DNA of 64,000 nt from NCBI GenBank assembly GCA_951406725.2, contig OX597838.1, positions 1,922,001 through 1,986,000 of the forward strand, written 5' to 3'. Under the pieces are notes generated by a model that saw only the letters and a list, made by a program, of their open reading frames with translations, ran no database searches and was not told the origin of the DNA. This document shows, one piece after another, positions 24,550 to 39,211 of the stretch. Position 1 is the first letter of the stretch; every line of letters begins with the position of its first letter. A program made the translations under genes and the position numbers. The stretch is from Octopus vulgaris. Its lineage: Eukaryota.

Positions 24550-24800
24550 AATGCAGACACTATTTAAGATAAAAGCTACAAGTAGTTTCATGCCATGGTG
24601 ACACTAATATTGGGCAGATTTCTATAACGTGCTTTGTGTCTCACTGGGTTCGTAGCACATGCTTTGATCTATTTGAAAGGTGTGCCCTGAGCCCGAAAGA
24701 TTGCTCGGACACACAAGTCTTATTGTATAAATCTGCCTTAGCTCAGTGTTTCCATTGCAAGTAACTATTTGTAGCACGTGCTTTAAATATTCTGTACAAT
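24550..24800. repeat. Degenerate foldback/palindromic element
   Basis: 24575-24627 matches the reverse complement of 24723-24775 (GCTACAA.TAGTT.C.TGC.ATGG..ACACT...GGCAGATTT.TA.AA). Confidence 0.65.
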
Positions 24801-24852
24801 AAAGGATATTTGACTCTCACTGGATAGAGTACTATTTTATGGTGATCCTAAA

Positions 24853-24911
<59 letters not shown>

Positions 24912-25191
24912 GACTCCAATTTTTTTAGTTATATGTATGTACATATTTTGTATGTTTGTGGTGTTATTTGTAGCAGCAGCAGCAGTTGCAGTAGCAGCAG
25001 CAGTAGCAGTAGCAGCAGCAGCAGCAGTAGTATCAGTAGTAGTAGTAGTATCAGTAGTAGTAGTAGTAGTATTATTATTAATAGTATTATTATTATTATT
25101 ATTATTATAATTAGTAGTAGTAGTAGTAGTAGTAGTTGTAGTAGTAGTAGTAGTAGTAGCAGCAGTAGTAGTAGTAGTAGTAAAGCGGTGA

Positions 25192-25348
25192 GAGGTGCAG
25201 GCGTGATTGTGTGGTAAGAATCCTGCTTCCCAACGTAGTGCCGGGTTCAGTCCCATTGTTTTGAAACTTCGACAAGTGTCTTCTACTATAGCCTCGTGTC
25301 GACCACAGCCTTGTGAGGGGATATGGTAGACGGAAACTGAAAGAAGCC
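25192..25348 (+). mobile_element. SINE family A, 5' half
   Basis: GGTGCAGGCGTGATTGTGTGGTAAG...GACGGAAACTGAAAGAAGCC. Confidence 0.85.
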
Positions 25349-25369
25349 TATATATATATATATATATAT

Positions 25370-25407
<38 letters not shown>

Positions 25408-25523
25408 TGTATGTGTAAGCATGCATGCTTTAGTGTACACACACAGACATATATACATACATGTATGTATATATAAATATATGTATGTATGCATGTATGT
25501 ATATTGATACATACATGCATATG

Positions 25524-25574
<51 letters not shown>

Positions 25575-25805
25575 ATATACATATATACATGTATGCATGC
25601 ATGTATGTATATATATATATATTAGTTATAAGCGTGAGAGAGAGAGACAGAGAGGCAGAAGGATAAGGAAAGGATAATAAGCAGGAAGCTATTCATCACA
25701 CAACCAGTTTGTTGAGAAAGTCCTGCGACATTGCAATATTTATGAATCGATAAGGAACTGAAGTCTCTCTAATACGCCTCCGGTTCTAGAAACTCCAAAA
25801 GCTAA

Positions 25806-25855
<50 letters not shown>

Positions 25856-26100
25856 GCGAATACACACAAGCAGTCACAATCCTAGTTATACGCACATATA
25901 CACACATACAAGTTCGATGTGTTCTGTCTTACGTTCCACCATTTAGATGTGTAGAAGTGACAAATGTAGCTGTTGTACCGTTCATAACACGGTATTATAC
26001 ACTCGTACACTCGCTCCGATAGGCACATTACATATCTACGATAATATACATTCATGCATACATACATGCATGCACACACATATAGTCAACTATGTACACT

Positions 26101-26213
<113 letters not shown>

Positions 26214-26280
26214 ATATATAGATATATATCTTATACATATATATATATATCTTATATATATATATATATATATGTATAAT

Positions 26281-26373
<93 letters not shown>

Positions 26374-27183
26374 AGATATATGTATATACATTTATATATA
26401 CCGTTGATAGGGCAGCAGTCGCTGCGATATTTATTCTGAGATGACATCTCTTACGGACAAACTCTGTTAAGGACAATAACTATTGCAGGGAAAGTAAGGT
26501 TCCTGCCTGATATATTTTGGAAACTTTTGTGCTTTTCAATGATGTGCAGGGCAGTCAGCTGCTTACTCGGATGCAAATATGTCTCATCGGATACAGTAAA
26601 CATTGAAGAAAACATTGGCTGGTGTTGCGAATAGCCACCCGGCTTAGTAAGAATCCAGGATGATTATAAACAGATGAAACAATTCAACTAAAAACACGCA
26701 AGACTCTTCTGTGTAATCGAAGCAAACGGTACGAATATCTACCTTGAAAACAATCTTGGCTTTTACAAAGAGTTAATTCGTCAAGCTGATATCTCCTCCG
26801 CAGATGACAGTGAAATGGACAAATTTATAGGGTTCGATGACAATCTTAGCATCTACAACAGTTACCTCCTTCTTTCACCTTATTTCCCCCCCCCCCTATG
26901 TTAATGGATACGAGAAAATGTTACCTGTTCATCCACGTGAAGACATATATAATACGTGTCACCAAATATGCTGATGAATAGAAGTAAAGAGACCGAAATT
27001 TTTAATGTCTGTCTATAGCATCCTTTCACATCCCTTTTCGATGTAATTCAGAGTATATTTATTTACATTTTTGTTTTGCTACCGTCCTCTTTCGATCGTT
27101 TGAACAATCGGAACTATGATACTCAGCCCAATAATTGAAGAAGCCTCAGCATATCATACACACACACGTACATAACACACACA

Positions 27184-27305
<122 letters not shown>

Positions 27306-27949
27306 TCTTTCACCCGTTTTCCATTTAAAACAGTTTCTCTCTTCACACACACACACGTACACAGACATACACACAAACACACACATATATATATGTATAT
27401 ATACATATGTATATGCGCGTGTATGTGTATATACACACGTATATATATATATATATTGCATATATATGTATATAATTAAATACATAAACACATGTATAGG
27501 CATAACACACACACACACACACACACAGACTGGGTGTTTAAAAACACCCAGGCGTACGCACACATTCCTATAGACAAGAGTGAAATGGAAAGCGGCCATG
27601 ATGGAGAAAGAAAGACGGGGGAAGTGGAGGTGCGAGGTTTGCGACTAATGAGGGGCAATCTAATAATTATAAATCATATTTTTAATAAAGTGTGAAATGG
27701 ACTCCAGCACCATCGCCGCCTCCATTATTGAAACAGAAACTATGACCACAAGAGGCACCATCGCCGCCGCCGCCACCACCACCATCGCCTCCACCACCAC
27801 CGCCCTGCCATCACAGCAATAGACACACTACTAGCACCGCCACCACGATCACCACCACTACCATCACTGACCAAGATGGATGATACACTAGTATAAGCAC
27901 GACTACAATGGCGGTCATCAATACTACTACTACAACAACAACAACAACA

Positions 27950-27998
<49 letters not shown>

Positions 27999-28309
27999 TA
28001 ATAATAATAATAATAATAATACTACAAACATTAACACCACAGCCATCACCACCACTACCGCCACTAGTATTACTATTACCATTGTCATAACAACCACCAG
28101 CATCACCACCATCTCAAGCGCATTCAACAACACTACTACTACTGCTGCTACTACTACTACTACGGCTATTATTACTACTGCTACTGCTCCTACTACTGCT
28201 ACTACTACTACTACTACGACTTCTACAATCCCACTTCAGTAACAGCACAAAACAAATATCTATCGTTTTCTTTCGAATTCATTGTCAACTTGAGAGAATT
28301 TCTTTTTTT

Positions 28310-28580
28310 CTTGGTGGTACTCTCTGCTAATCCCCTCTGTTGGTACTCTCTGATACTATTCCCTGTTGGTACTCTCCCTGGTTACTCTCTGCTGCTACTC
28401 TCTGTACTCGTTGCTGTTGATTTCCCCGCCGTTTATTCTTTATTCTTTCTCTCCGTCGTTTCTTTCTCTTTCTTGGTACTCCGTTCGTACTCTCCGTCGA
28501 TAATCTTTGTTTGTACTCCACTAACAATCACGATATTTACTGTGCTGTGTTGTACTCCACTAGCAATCATAGTAATGTCT
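28310..28580. repeat. Degenerate minisatellite built on a TTGGTACTC(T/C)C core
   Basis: About 9 recurrences of (G)TACTC with ~24-bp, then ~40-bp, spacing. Confidence 0.6.
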
Positions 28581-29034
28581 CTGTTGTTCACATAACCGCC
28601 ACCAACCGCCATAATCACGCAAGAACAAAGACGCCATTGAACCAGACATCAAAGCTAATCTCGAAATTTATCAAATCAGTAATTATCAATAAACTTAAAT
28701 ATTGAAATGTAATTTACTGTTATCGACAAAGATATACACAATATTTCTTTCATGACTTTTAGGTCTTGTTGTTTGTATTGGCTGTCTGCAGATGATCAAA
28801 TGTTCTTCCAGCCGTGACAATCACGTCTATTTTTATACATATATCGACGTATATCAACTCTATCGTATATCACTAATGTCTAGAGTCGATGGTGTTTCTT
28901 TGACCATCAGTCAGTTCGGATCAACTAGATATATGACCAAAGCTGTTTACCTTGGAATACATTATTCAATATCCTCCTCCTCCTTCTCTTCATCGTTCTT
29001 CTCTTTCTCCACCTATTCTTCTTCTTCTTCTTTT

Positions 29035-29420
29035 AGTTGTGTCAGTTACTGGTCTGCGGCCATACTGGGGCACCGCCTTGAAGAATTTTAATCAAACGAA
29101 TAGATCCCGGGAGTTATTTTTTAAAAGCCTACTTTTTATTCAGTTGGTTTGTTTCACCGAAGTGCTAAGTTACAGGACATAAACACACCAACACCCGTTG
29201 CCAAACGGGTGGTAAGGGACAAACAAACGCATGCGCACATACACGTGCACAAACACATACGACGGGCTTCTTCCAATTTCTGTCTACTCAATCCCCTCGC
29301 AAGACTCTCGCAAGCCTGAGGCTATGGTAGAAGATACTTGTCCAAGGTACCATGCAACAGAATTGAACCCGAAACTCCATGTGGTTGAGAAGCAACCATT
29401 TTACATCACAGCCACGCCTG
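29035..29420 (-). mobile_element. SINE family A, diverged
   Basis: CTGCGGCCATACTGGGGCACCGCC...GAGGCTATGGTAGAAGATACTTG...CACAGCCACGCCTGC. Confidence 0.8.
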
Positions 29421-29829
29421 CAGAGTGAATACGAAGTCATTTTGAAAATTATTTCCAGCGAATCGAACCCGCGCTCACAAGCTCCCAAGCACTGGATAGC
29501 TTGTACTCCCTTATCCCTGTCAGTACTCTTTTATACTCCTACAGCAGAAACCCAGAGTAGAAGCCATTAATGTTTGTGAACATTATGATTGAATATTTTC
29601 CCAAGTGATTTGTGTAAGTCAATGTTTGTGTCGATCGGTAGCCATATTGATCTGAACTTTACTTCAACTCTTAATCAATTGTACTGAAGACCAGTCTATT
29701 GTGAGCCTCCATTTTACAATATAACATCGTTTATTATCAATATATATTCCAGTCTATTTAGGTATTTACGGTTATACAAGATACAGTGGCGATCTATCTA
29801 CTAAGCATTTACACACTCTACTTATCTAG

Positions 29830-29885
<56 letters not shown>

Positions 29886-30378
29886 TGTTTAGATACGGCT
29901 ATACACAACGTCTATACACAATATCTATGTATCCAGTTAACATCTACACCCTTTAGTTATCTATCTGTATGTATATACACAGCATTTATATTCATTCATA
30001 CTCAAGGTCTGTACACAATGTCTAGCCATCCAGTCAACATCTACACACTGTAGTTAATCTGTTTCTATACACACAATGTCTATGTATCCAGTGAAAGTCT
30101 TGTACCCTATAAAGTTGTGTGTTATTCGAAGGACGGAGCAATGCAAAATGGACGATAAACTATTGAAGCTAGCGAAAATGTTAGTGTATTTATGGCATGT
30201 TATTCTATTCGTCTGTTCAAATACTTCGGGACTGAAATTCGTTTCTATCAATCTATGCAGTCAACACATACGCACTATGCTTAACCATTCATTATATACA
30301 TAAACACAGTGCTAAGATACATCTACATAATCATTATACAGGCAACATAGACATACTTTTACCTACTTAAATGTCTAA

Positions 30379-31090
30379 TTGTGTTTCTCAACCACATGGT
30401 TCTGGGTTCAGTCCCATTTCGTGGTACCTTGACAATGTGTTTTTTTTTACTATAGTCTCCAGCAGACCAAAGCCTTGTAAATGGATTTGGTAGACGGCAG
30501 CTGAAAGAAACACGTCCTATGTATGTATGTATGTATGTATGTATGTATGTATGTATGTATGTATGTATGTATGTATGTATGTATGTATGTATGTATGTAT
30601 GTATGTATGTATGTATGTATGTATGTATGTATGTATGTATGTATGTATGTATGTATGTATGTATGTATGTATGTATGTATGTATGTATGTATGTATGTAT
30701 GTATGTATGTATGTATGTATGTATGTATGTATGTATGTATGTATGTATGTATGTATGTATGTATGTATGTATGTATGTATGTATGTATGTATGTATGTAT
30801 GTATGTATGTATGTATGTATGTATGTATGTATGTATGTATGTATGTATGTATGTATGTATCATGCATGCGTGTGTGTCTTTATGTCCGTGTTAGCTCGCT
30901 ACAACCGCTTGATAACCGGTATTGGCGTGTTTATGTCCCGGCAACTTAGCGGTTCGGCAAAAGAAACTGATAGAATAAGTAACAAGCTTAAAAAAAGTAA
31001 GTCCTGGGATCAATCCATTCGACTAAAAGGTGATGCCCCAGCACGGCCGCAGCCAAATAAATAAAAAGATAAATCAAGAAAAGATAAAAA
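30379..31090 (+). mobile_element. SINE family A with internal (TATG)n expansion (30518-30860)
   Basis: The 5' half (CAACCACATGGTTCTGGGTTCAGTCCC) and 3' half (GCTTGATAACCGG...GGCCGCAGCC) flank a pure ~340-bp tetranucleotide array. Confidence 0.85.
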
Positions 31091-31568
31091 GTAGAAGATA
31101 TATGTGTGTGTGTATGTGTGCGTGTATGTATATATGTGTAATGTGTGTGTGTATGTGTGTGTGTGTTATACATCAAATTCTCTATAGTAATGTAACAATC
31201 ACTCCAGGCCTTTTATCCTCTTCCCAGCTCCCCACCCACAAAAACTCTCACACATACAGATCCTATGTCCACATCTGTTTGGCCATTTCCTAATTATCTT
31301 CGACACAGTTCGTATTCTAATTTTTCTTCATCTCTTTGATTTTTCTTCATCTTAATCTTAACAAAGATCTTCACATTTAAAACATTGAAACTCTTCGCTT
31401 TTTCTTCTCAGCCAAATAAACTAACTTTAAAAACTCATTTTCTTCTGATATATCTTTATCAAAACACAGTCTGCAGGCCGCAGCTTACTGTCTAACCAAA
31501 CAACATCTTTACACTGCGGTAATTAAACCTGTCATCATCTATACACCAAACCTTCCTATCGAGTCCAC

Positions 31569-31607
<39 letters not shown>

Positions 31608-31610
<3 letters not shown>

Positions 31611-31932
31611 TCGTGGCAATCCGTCGGTTGCGACGATGAGGGTTCCAGCTGATCCGATCAACGAAATAGACTGCACGTGAAGTTGACGTGCAAGTGGCTG
31701 AGCACCCCACAGACACGTGCACCCTCAACGTAGTTCTCGGGGAGATTCAGCGTGACACAGAGTGTGACAAGGCTGGCCCTTTGAAATACAGGTAGAACAG
31801 CAACAAAAGGAAAGAGTGAAAGAAAGTTGTGGTAAAAGAGTATAGAACGCCCCCTCCCCCCCCGCTGGAGGCTCGTGGAGCTTTAAGGGCCTTCGTTCAA
31901 TAAGCTCTCACAACACCCGGTCAGGGAATCGA
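31608..31932 (-). mobile_element. SINE family C (tail variant 2), 5'-truncated
   Basis: Shares TCGATTCCC..CCGGG.GTTGTGAG...AAAGCTCCACG...CCACAACTTT with the 21971 copy, then has an unrelated 3' tail ending in (ACG)n. Confidence 0.75.
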
Positions 31933-32196
31933 TCCCAGTACTTATTTTTTGGCTTACTATTTGTCAATATTGATCATTGATCTGACATTGAACAAGAGTA
32001 TGGTAGTGTTATTATGGGTGAGTGTATATACATAGATTCATACAAGCATATACACACTCACTCACTCACATATATATATATATATATATATACATATGCC
32101 TGTATACCTGTATACATATGAAAACTGAAGTATCAACATATAGACACACGCACACACACACAGATATATACTTTCATGAATGTGTCTGTGAGTGTC

Positions 32197-32257
<61 letters not shown>

Positions 32258-32364
32258 ATGACTTAGAAGACCTCTATAGATGGTGCTTTTGAGTTAGTCA
32301 TGGCCTGGTCCGGTAACCGCCCAAGCCAACCTTTCTCTTTCTCTCTCTCTCTCTACACACACAG

Positions 32365-32412
<48 letters not shown>

Positions 32413-32474
32413 TATACATATATATATATAAATATATATATATATATGTACATATACATACATATATATATATA

Positions 32475-32836
32475 TTTGACTGCGGCCACACTGGAGCACC
32501 GCATTTAGTCGAACGAATCGACACCAGGACATATTCTCTGTAAGCCTAGTACTTATATTATCGGTCTCTTAGACCGAAGCGCTAAATGACGGGTACGTAA
32601 ACACACTAACATCGGTTGTCAAGCGATGGTGGTGGTGGAACAAACACACACAAAAATATATACACGCATATATGTATACGATGGGTTTCTTTCAGTCTTC
32701 GTCTACCGAATTCTCTGACAAGGCATTGGTCGGCCCGAGGCTATAGCAGGAGACACTTGCCCAAGATGCCATGCAGTGGGGCTGAACCCAGAACCATGTG
32801 GTTGGGAAGCAAGCTTCTTACCTTACAGCCACTGCT
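32475..32836 (-). mobile_element. SINE family A
   Basis: TTTGACTGCGGCCACACTGGAGCACC ... GAACCATGTGGTTGGGAAGCAAGC. Confidence 0.85.
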
Positions 32837-33667
32837 ATATATGTTTAGGGTATTGCACTCAAGATCTCCAGATCGCGTGTTCGATCCTCGCTCCGAGTGG
32901 CGCGCTGTGTTCTTCAGCAACACACTTTATTTCACGTTCCTCTGCGGGTTGGAGAGTGGAGGAATTGTTGGTGTGTCGGCAGAAATGCTTTACGGTATAT
33001 CTTCCTTCTCTCTACGTTCTGAGTTCAAATCCCACCTTCCTGGAGAAGGCAACGGGAAACCAATCCAGTGTTTATCTCAAGTCTCGTCATAGATGACCAT
33101 GGTTCCAGTAATCTACTTAACGGTGGCAGCGGAAGGTATGGACCCTTCCTGGTTCTATAGAGTGTGCTGGAGAAGGTTCACATGCACACAACCTGCCCAA
33201 GGGCAGACTACCGCTACAGTGGATGTATATCAGTATCCAAACGGCATGAAACCGGAGTGTCTAATCATTCAAACATTATATACATCGTCTGTCTATTTAA
33301 TCACCCTCTACACCCGGTGTTTGTTTATTAAATCACCATCTACACACTGAACTACTCAACATCAAGTTATCGTCTGTTTATCCAGTTAAGATTTAGAGAA
33401 TGTGTTTACCTGTTCATACAACGTCGACACGTTGTATGCACCCATCCGGCCAACATCTTCACAGTATGCCTGTTAACATCCACACACTGTGCGTATCTTA
33501 CCAGTCAACACCTCTGGACTCTCTCTCTCTCTCTGTCTATCTATCTATCTACCTACCTATCTACCTATCTATCTACCTACCTTTCTATGTATGTATGTAT
33601 GTATGTATGTATGTATGTTTGTATGTGTATGTATGTATGTATGTATGTATGTATGTATGTATGTATG

Positions 33668-33721
<54 letters not shown>

Positions 33722-34099
33722 CACACTGAATTATTCTATAGAATTATGTACACAAACTATGTCCATCTGTTTGTTGTCCAGTAATTCCACAACTATAATA
33801 AAAAGCCTGTGTCTCAATTAGACCCACACTTGTCAGTTTCTTTGGAAGGGGTCAGCACACCCACACCCATGTGACAGTCCCTTTTTTGTTGTGTCTCCAC
33901 TTCTGTGTGTTTTCTTACATTTAAACAATTTCTCTCGACAGATCTGCATCCAATTTATTCCAGTTTTCCAAACAGAATAGCGTCCAATGTTTTTGGTCGA
34001 GAGTGAGAGAGAAGATGGGGGGGGGGGGGGGTAAGAGACGGTGGAGAGACTGTATGCATAACTACATACGTTTGTTTGTGTGTGTGTGTGTGCGTGCAG

Positions 34100-34139
<40 letters not shown>

Positions 34140-34928
34140 GCTCTGTCTCATCCTTCGCCTTCCATATCTGTCAGTGACCCGGATGACGCCACAAACTTTT
34201 CCCGATTCCTTTGTCCCTGGAAATCTTCATAAACAAAAACAAAGCAAAAAGAAAATGAATTAAAAAAATTGAAATAAAGAATATCTAGAGACACCCCAAT
34301 CCCCACCCCACGGGAAAAAAAACTCAAAGCAAAAACAACTCACCACACCTATGTGGAAAAAAACAATTCTACAGGAAGACACAACAAGCACTTGTTGCTG
34401 TTGCTGTTGTTGTTATTCTGGTTGTTGTTGTTGTTGCTCTTACTGTCTACTCCTCCTTACACTCACAATATCACGACTTAAACACACACACACACACAAA
34501 CACACACACAAACACATTATACTCCCACTTCAGGCAATGGTTTCCCTACAAAAACTCTACATTTACTCTCACTCTCTCTCTCTCACTCTCTCTCTCTGTA
34601 TTCCTTTCTCCTTCCTTTTCCCCCATTTCTCACCCTCCCCCCATCATTGCTTACCTCTTTCTACTCCTCCTTTCTTCCTCACCCTACCCCGTTCCTCCCC
34701 CTCCCACCTTTCCTGCCATTATACGTCTGTCTCTAGACATTCTCGTGTGCGCAACATTTGTTCCTCGCTCGCAATAAACACATACACACACAGCCTCACA
34801 GTTACACAAATACTCACACATACACGCATACACACACACGTACACACGCATACAGACGCATATATACACAAATACACACGCATGCACACACACACATCTA
34901 TCTATCTATCTATCTATCTATCTATATC

Positions 34929-34963
<35 letters not shown>

Positions 34964-34985
34964 TTTATATATGTTTTATATATAT

Positions 34986-35031
<46 letters not shown>

Positions 35032-35292
35032 TATATATATATATATATGTTATATATATATATATATATATATATTTATGAATATATATATATATATGTT
35101 ATATCTATATATACACCCACGCTTCTAATTGGTAGCAAATATATAGACGCACACCTAGATTCGAGTTTGGCTTACCATTTGTCAATATTGATCATTGATC
35201 TGACATTGAACAAGAGTATGGTACTGTTATTGTGGATGGGTGTATATACATACATACATATAAATGTATGTATACATATATATATATATATA

Positions 35293-35327
<35 letters not shown>

Positions 35328-35442
35328 GCATATACATATATATATACGCATGTACATATATATATATGCGCATGTATTTATATACCCATATGTATAATAC
35401 CCGCTCACACATAAGCATACAATAAGATAAATACACAAATAC

Positions 35443-35527
<85 letters not shown>

Positions 35528-36053
35528 CAGAGAGCACAGATACACAGACACACACAGACATACACACACACACGCGCGTACACACACATATTGAGTCAGA
35601 CAGACAGGCATATCTATGTTTATATGTATCTATATTTATGTGTATATATTTGTATGTTTGTGTTTCTGTGTGTGTGTGTGTGTGTGTTTGTGTTTCATTC
35701 AGACAGGCCATTGTCTATCAACCCACAACTTTTTGTGTCGAAACGGACTAACACCCCTACACGCACTCAAACTTAGACACACACACACACACACACACAC
35801 ATGCAGAAAGAGATAGAGAGAGAGAGTAAGAGAGATAGAGGAAGAGAGAGACGTAGGGAGTGCCCGCGAGATATACATAGGTGTATGTGTATACACACAA
35901 ACACACACCCATGCGTATACATGGATGCTTATACGTTTGAATACAGCACAAATATATCATTATTGCGTATGTTCATAAAATGTATATACGATGCAGTTAT
36001 GAATGTGTATCTATACAAACACATATACACGCAGATATCCAAATAGTGATATG

Positions 36054-36106
<53 letters not shown>

Positions 36107-36117
36107 TACGTGATATG

Positions 36118-36149
<32 letters not shown>

Positions 36150-36150
36150 A

Positions 36151-36236
<86 letters not shown>

Positions 36237-36346
36237 GTATACCTTTATACACATGAAAACTGAAGTATCAACATATAGACACACGCACATACACACAAAC
36301 ACACATATATACTTTCATGAATGTGTGTGGGTGTCTCTGTATGTAT

Positions 36347-36399
<53 letters not shown>

Positions 36400-37402
36400 G
36401 AGTGTGTATGTGTGTGTGTGAGGGAGAGACAGAGGCTGGGGGTAGAGAGAGAGGGAGAGAGAGAGGAAGAGAGACACGCATCCACCCACTAACAGTGTAG
36501 ACGCTGTACATCTGAGATGGCAGAGTTCAAAGGTGAAACTGATATAGTGATTTCTAAAAACATTACTATGTCTTAAGTGATATCGACTTTTGGTTTGTTA
36601 TTATCGATTAGCATTTCGCGACATCACCAATTCTATCCTGGCCGCCCTCCTACACACTCCATAACTCGGCTGCAAGAAATATTAACCCGCGGGGTAAATA
36701 TAACTCAAAAACTCTGGGATGTTTCAATTTTTTTTGTTCAACTTTTCTGTTTAAAAAATGCGAAATAAATAAGAAAAATAAAAGTAAACATCGTAGAGAC
36801 AAAAATAAGTAAAAGTCGATAGTCACGTGATTTTGAAAATTTCGGTGTTCGGCGAACATTTGTGATGTGTGCGGGGATATTATAATATTGTTCGCCATAT
36901 TTTATAGGTTTTGTTGTGCTCTTTTTAGTTCTTATTTGTTTGAATCATTGGGGTACGGCCATGCTGAAGCACTGGTTGTTATTCTATCTGTGTCATTTTC
37001 CCAAATTGTTAAGTTACGGAGATGTAATCAAAGTAACACCGTTTCTCGGGCGGTGGTACGATCAAACACAAATACTTACACACACATACACACACACACA
37101 CACATACATACGTAATGCATAAATACACACATACAGGTTTATACCTGTAATTATTGGGGCCCTGTGACATGTAACACACTGCCTAACTACCAATCTTGAG
37201 AAATTAAGCTTCTCAAAACCAGAACTGGAACTGGAACTGCAATAACCTGTAAAACTTTCCAGAAGTTTATCATTTAAGTATATATGAGCATGTGTAGATA
37301 TGCAACTATATGCATGAGAAGACATACATAAAGCAAAACATACAAATCTTCCCATATACATACATACATAAATGCAGAGACATGCATTAAACTCCATTTA
37401 TA

Positions 37403-37495
<93 letters not shown>

Positions 37496-37569
37496 GGTTA
37501 AACGTATACATATATGCAGATACAAACATATATGGTAGTATATATACAGAGCGAGAGAGATAAAACTAG

Positions 37570-38979
37570 AGAGGAGAGAGAGAGGGAGATGGAGAAGGAG
37601 AGATCGGGAGAGAAAGCTGATAAAGAGGACTGCAAGAAAACCTCACCGAAGGGCCAGTCATTAAGTTGAGAGTATGAATAAAGGACCTAACTGTAAGGAA
37701 GAGAATTATTTCGTTTGGGATGGCCACATTGATGGTGAAAATGTTTGGCTTGGTAAACCATATAATAACCAAACCGATAAAACACGAGTGAATGATCGTC
37801 GATGTTTGGCAACTACGAGAAGGGAAGAGGGTTAAGGGAAACGAAATTTCAGAAGGATCAAGTTGATGGAGCAGGATATAAAAGTTAGGGAAAAATTTAT
37901 AAAGTCACCCATTAACCGGGGAAATAACTGAGATGATATGCAGTTAGTGTTTGTACGAAAAAGGGTCTAGTTTTGACGCTGTTATCTTCCCAGTGACACC
38001 AGCGAAGGGGAAGTCCTTGGCGAGAAGTAAGCGTTTGTAGGTCGCAGTTGTAAACAAGGTCTTTGACGAGTTAACTCGCTCTTAAATATGCTGGTTCCAA
38101 TAGAAACTATCAGTTAATGAATGGCTGCAGGCGTGGGAGACTTACAAGACGTACAGAATGATGGAGTCAGCAAATTGACAAATAGCAACAAAAAAATTTG
38201 TGATGAATGTTTAGTGGATATAAGTATACTTCACGGTTCAATCTTCGTACTTCTTCCGTTTATCATTGTTCTCCAGGGCATTGATGAAAAATTTGAAACC
38301 AATTATACGTGAAAGCTCCAGTAATTTGGTGGCTTTTCAAGAACAAAAAAAATCTAGACATATTATGAAAACGTGTAATCAAGCAGCTTTGAGGTATACA
38401 GCAACGAGTAACAGATTAGTAAGAAGACGAAAGAATGGCAGATCTCTGCTACCAACAAGGAGATGGCCATATATGATATATGGAAAAGGTGGTTGTAGGA
38501 ATTCTTTAAGATACATACATTGCAAATAATGAATGCAAAAGTGTTGTAGGGGTATCATAGGTAGGTAAACACATAAGGTAGAGCTCATTAGCAGTAAGTG
38601 CACAGGGAACAGGTACGAAGAGCAGACATGAAAGAAGATCTTTTCAAATGCCTGCAGCTGCTAACCTTTGGAGAGCAAAAGTAAGAACTGGATGGAAAAT
38701 ATGTTCAGAGAGTTTTTAACGCTCTGGGTTAACAAAAGCTTTTTGTCTGGGAGTAAAGGGCAGATGGCTGTGTACGGAAGGCGATTTTTCAGGAGGAGGA
38801 AACGTGGACCTTGAATGGTGGGAATTGACGCAGAATAGAAAGAAGTGAAGACAGTTGGTTCTGTGAGATTCGTAATGTTTGCATGCACGAACGACCTGGC
38901 ACAACTTTTAAGGAAGGACAGTAAAAGGCCGGATAAAAACTGACTCGCATCGTGACGACCCGTTTAGACTTTACCATGT

Positions 38980-39010
<31 letters not shown>
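37570..39010 (+). mobile_element. Degenerate RTE-clade LINE (RT region) with (GAT)n tail
   Basis: ISILHGSIFVLLPFIIVLQGIDEKF resembles VGVHQGSVLSPLLFIIVLQAITEEF. RWPYMIYGKGGCRNSLRYIHCK resembles RWPCSICRKGVGRNSIRCTQCK. Many stops and frameshifts. Confidence 0.65.
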
Positions 39011-39011
<1 letters not shown>

Positions 39012-39143
39012 GTGAAGATTGTACATATATATATATATATAATATATGATGTATGTGTATATATGTATATGTATTCCTTTCTCCCTCTCTATGTATTTAT
39101 CTATCTAACTATATGTGTGTGCGTGTGTGTGTATATATACATA

Positions 39144-39211
<68 letters not shown>

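Noticed and set aside
28310-28580. Repeat-spacer-like pattern suggesting CRISPR
   Set aside because: Eukaryotic context, degenerate units of variable period, no cas genes; it is a minisatellite.
34351-35397. Longest ORF in the track (348 aa)
   Set aside because: A chain of simple repeats (TGT, CA, CT, TA); not protein-like.
36577-36825. Possible MITE bounded by TATCGACTTTT / AAAAGTCGATA
   Set aside because: The inverted match is short and there is no TSD or second copy in the window.
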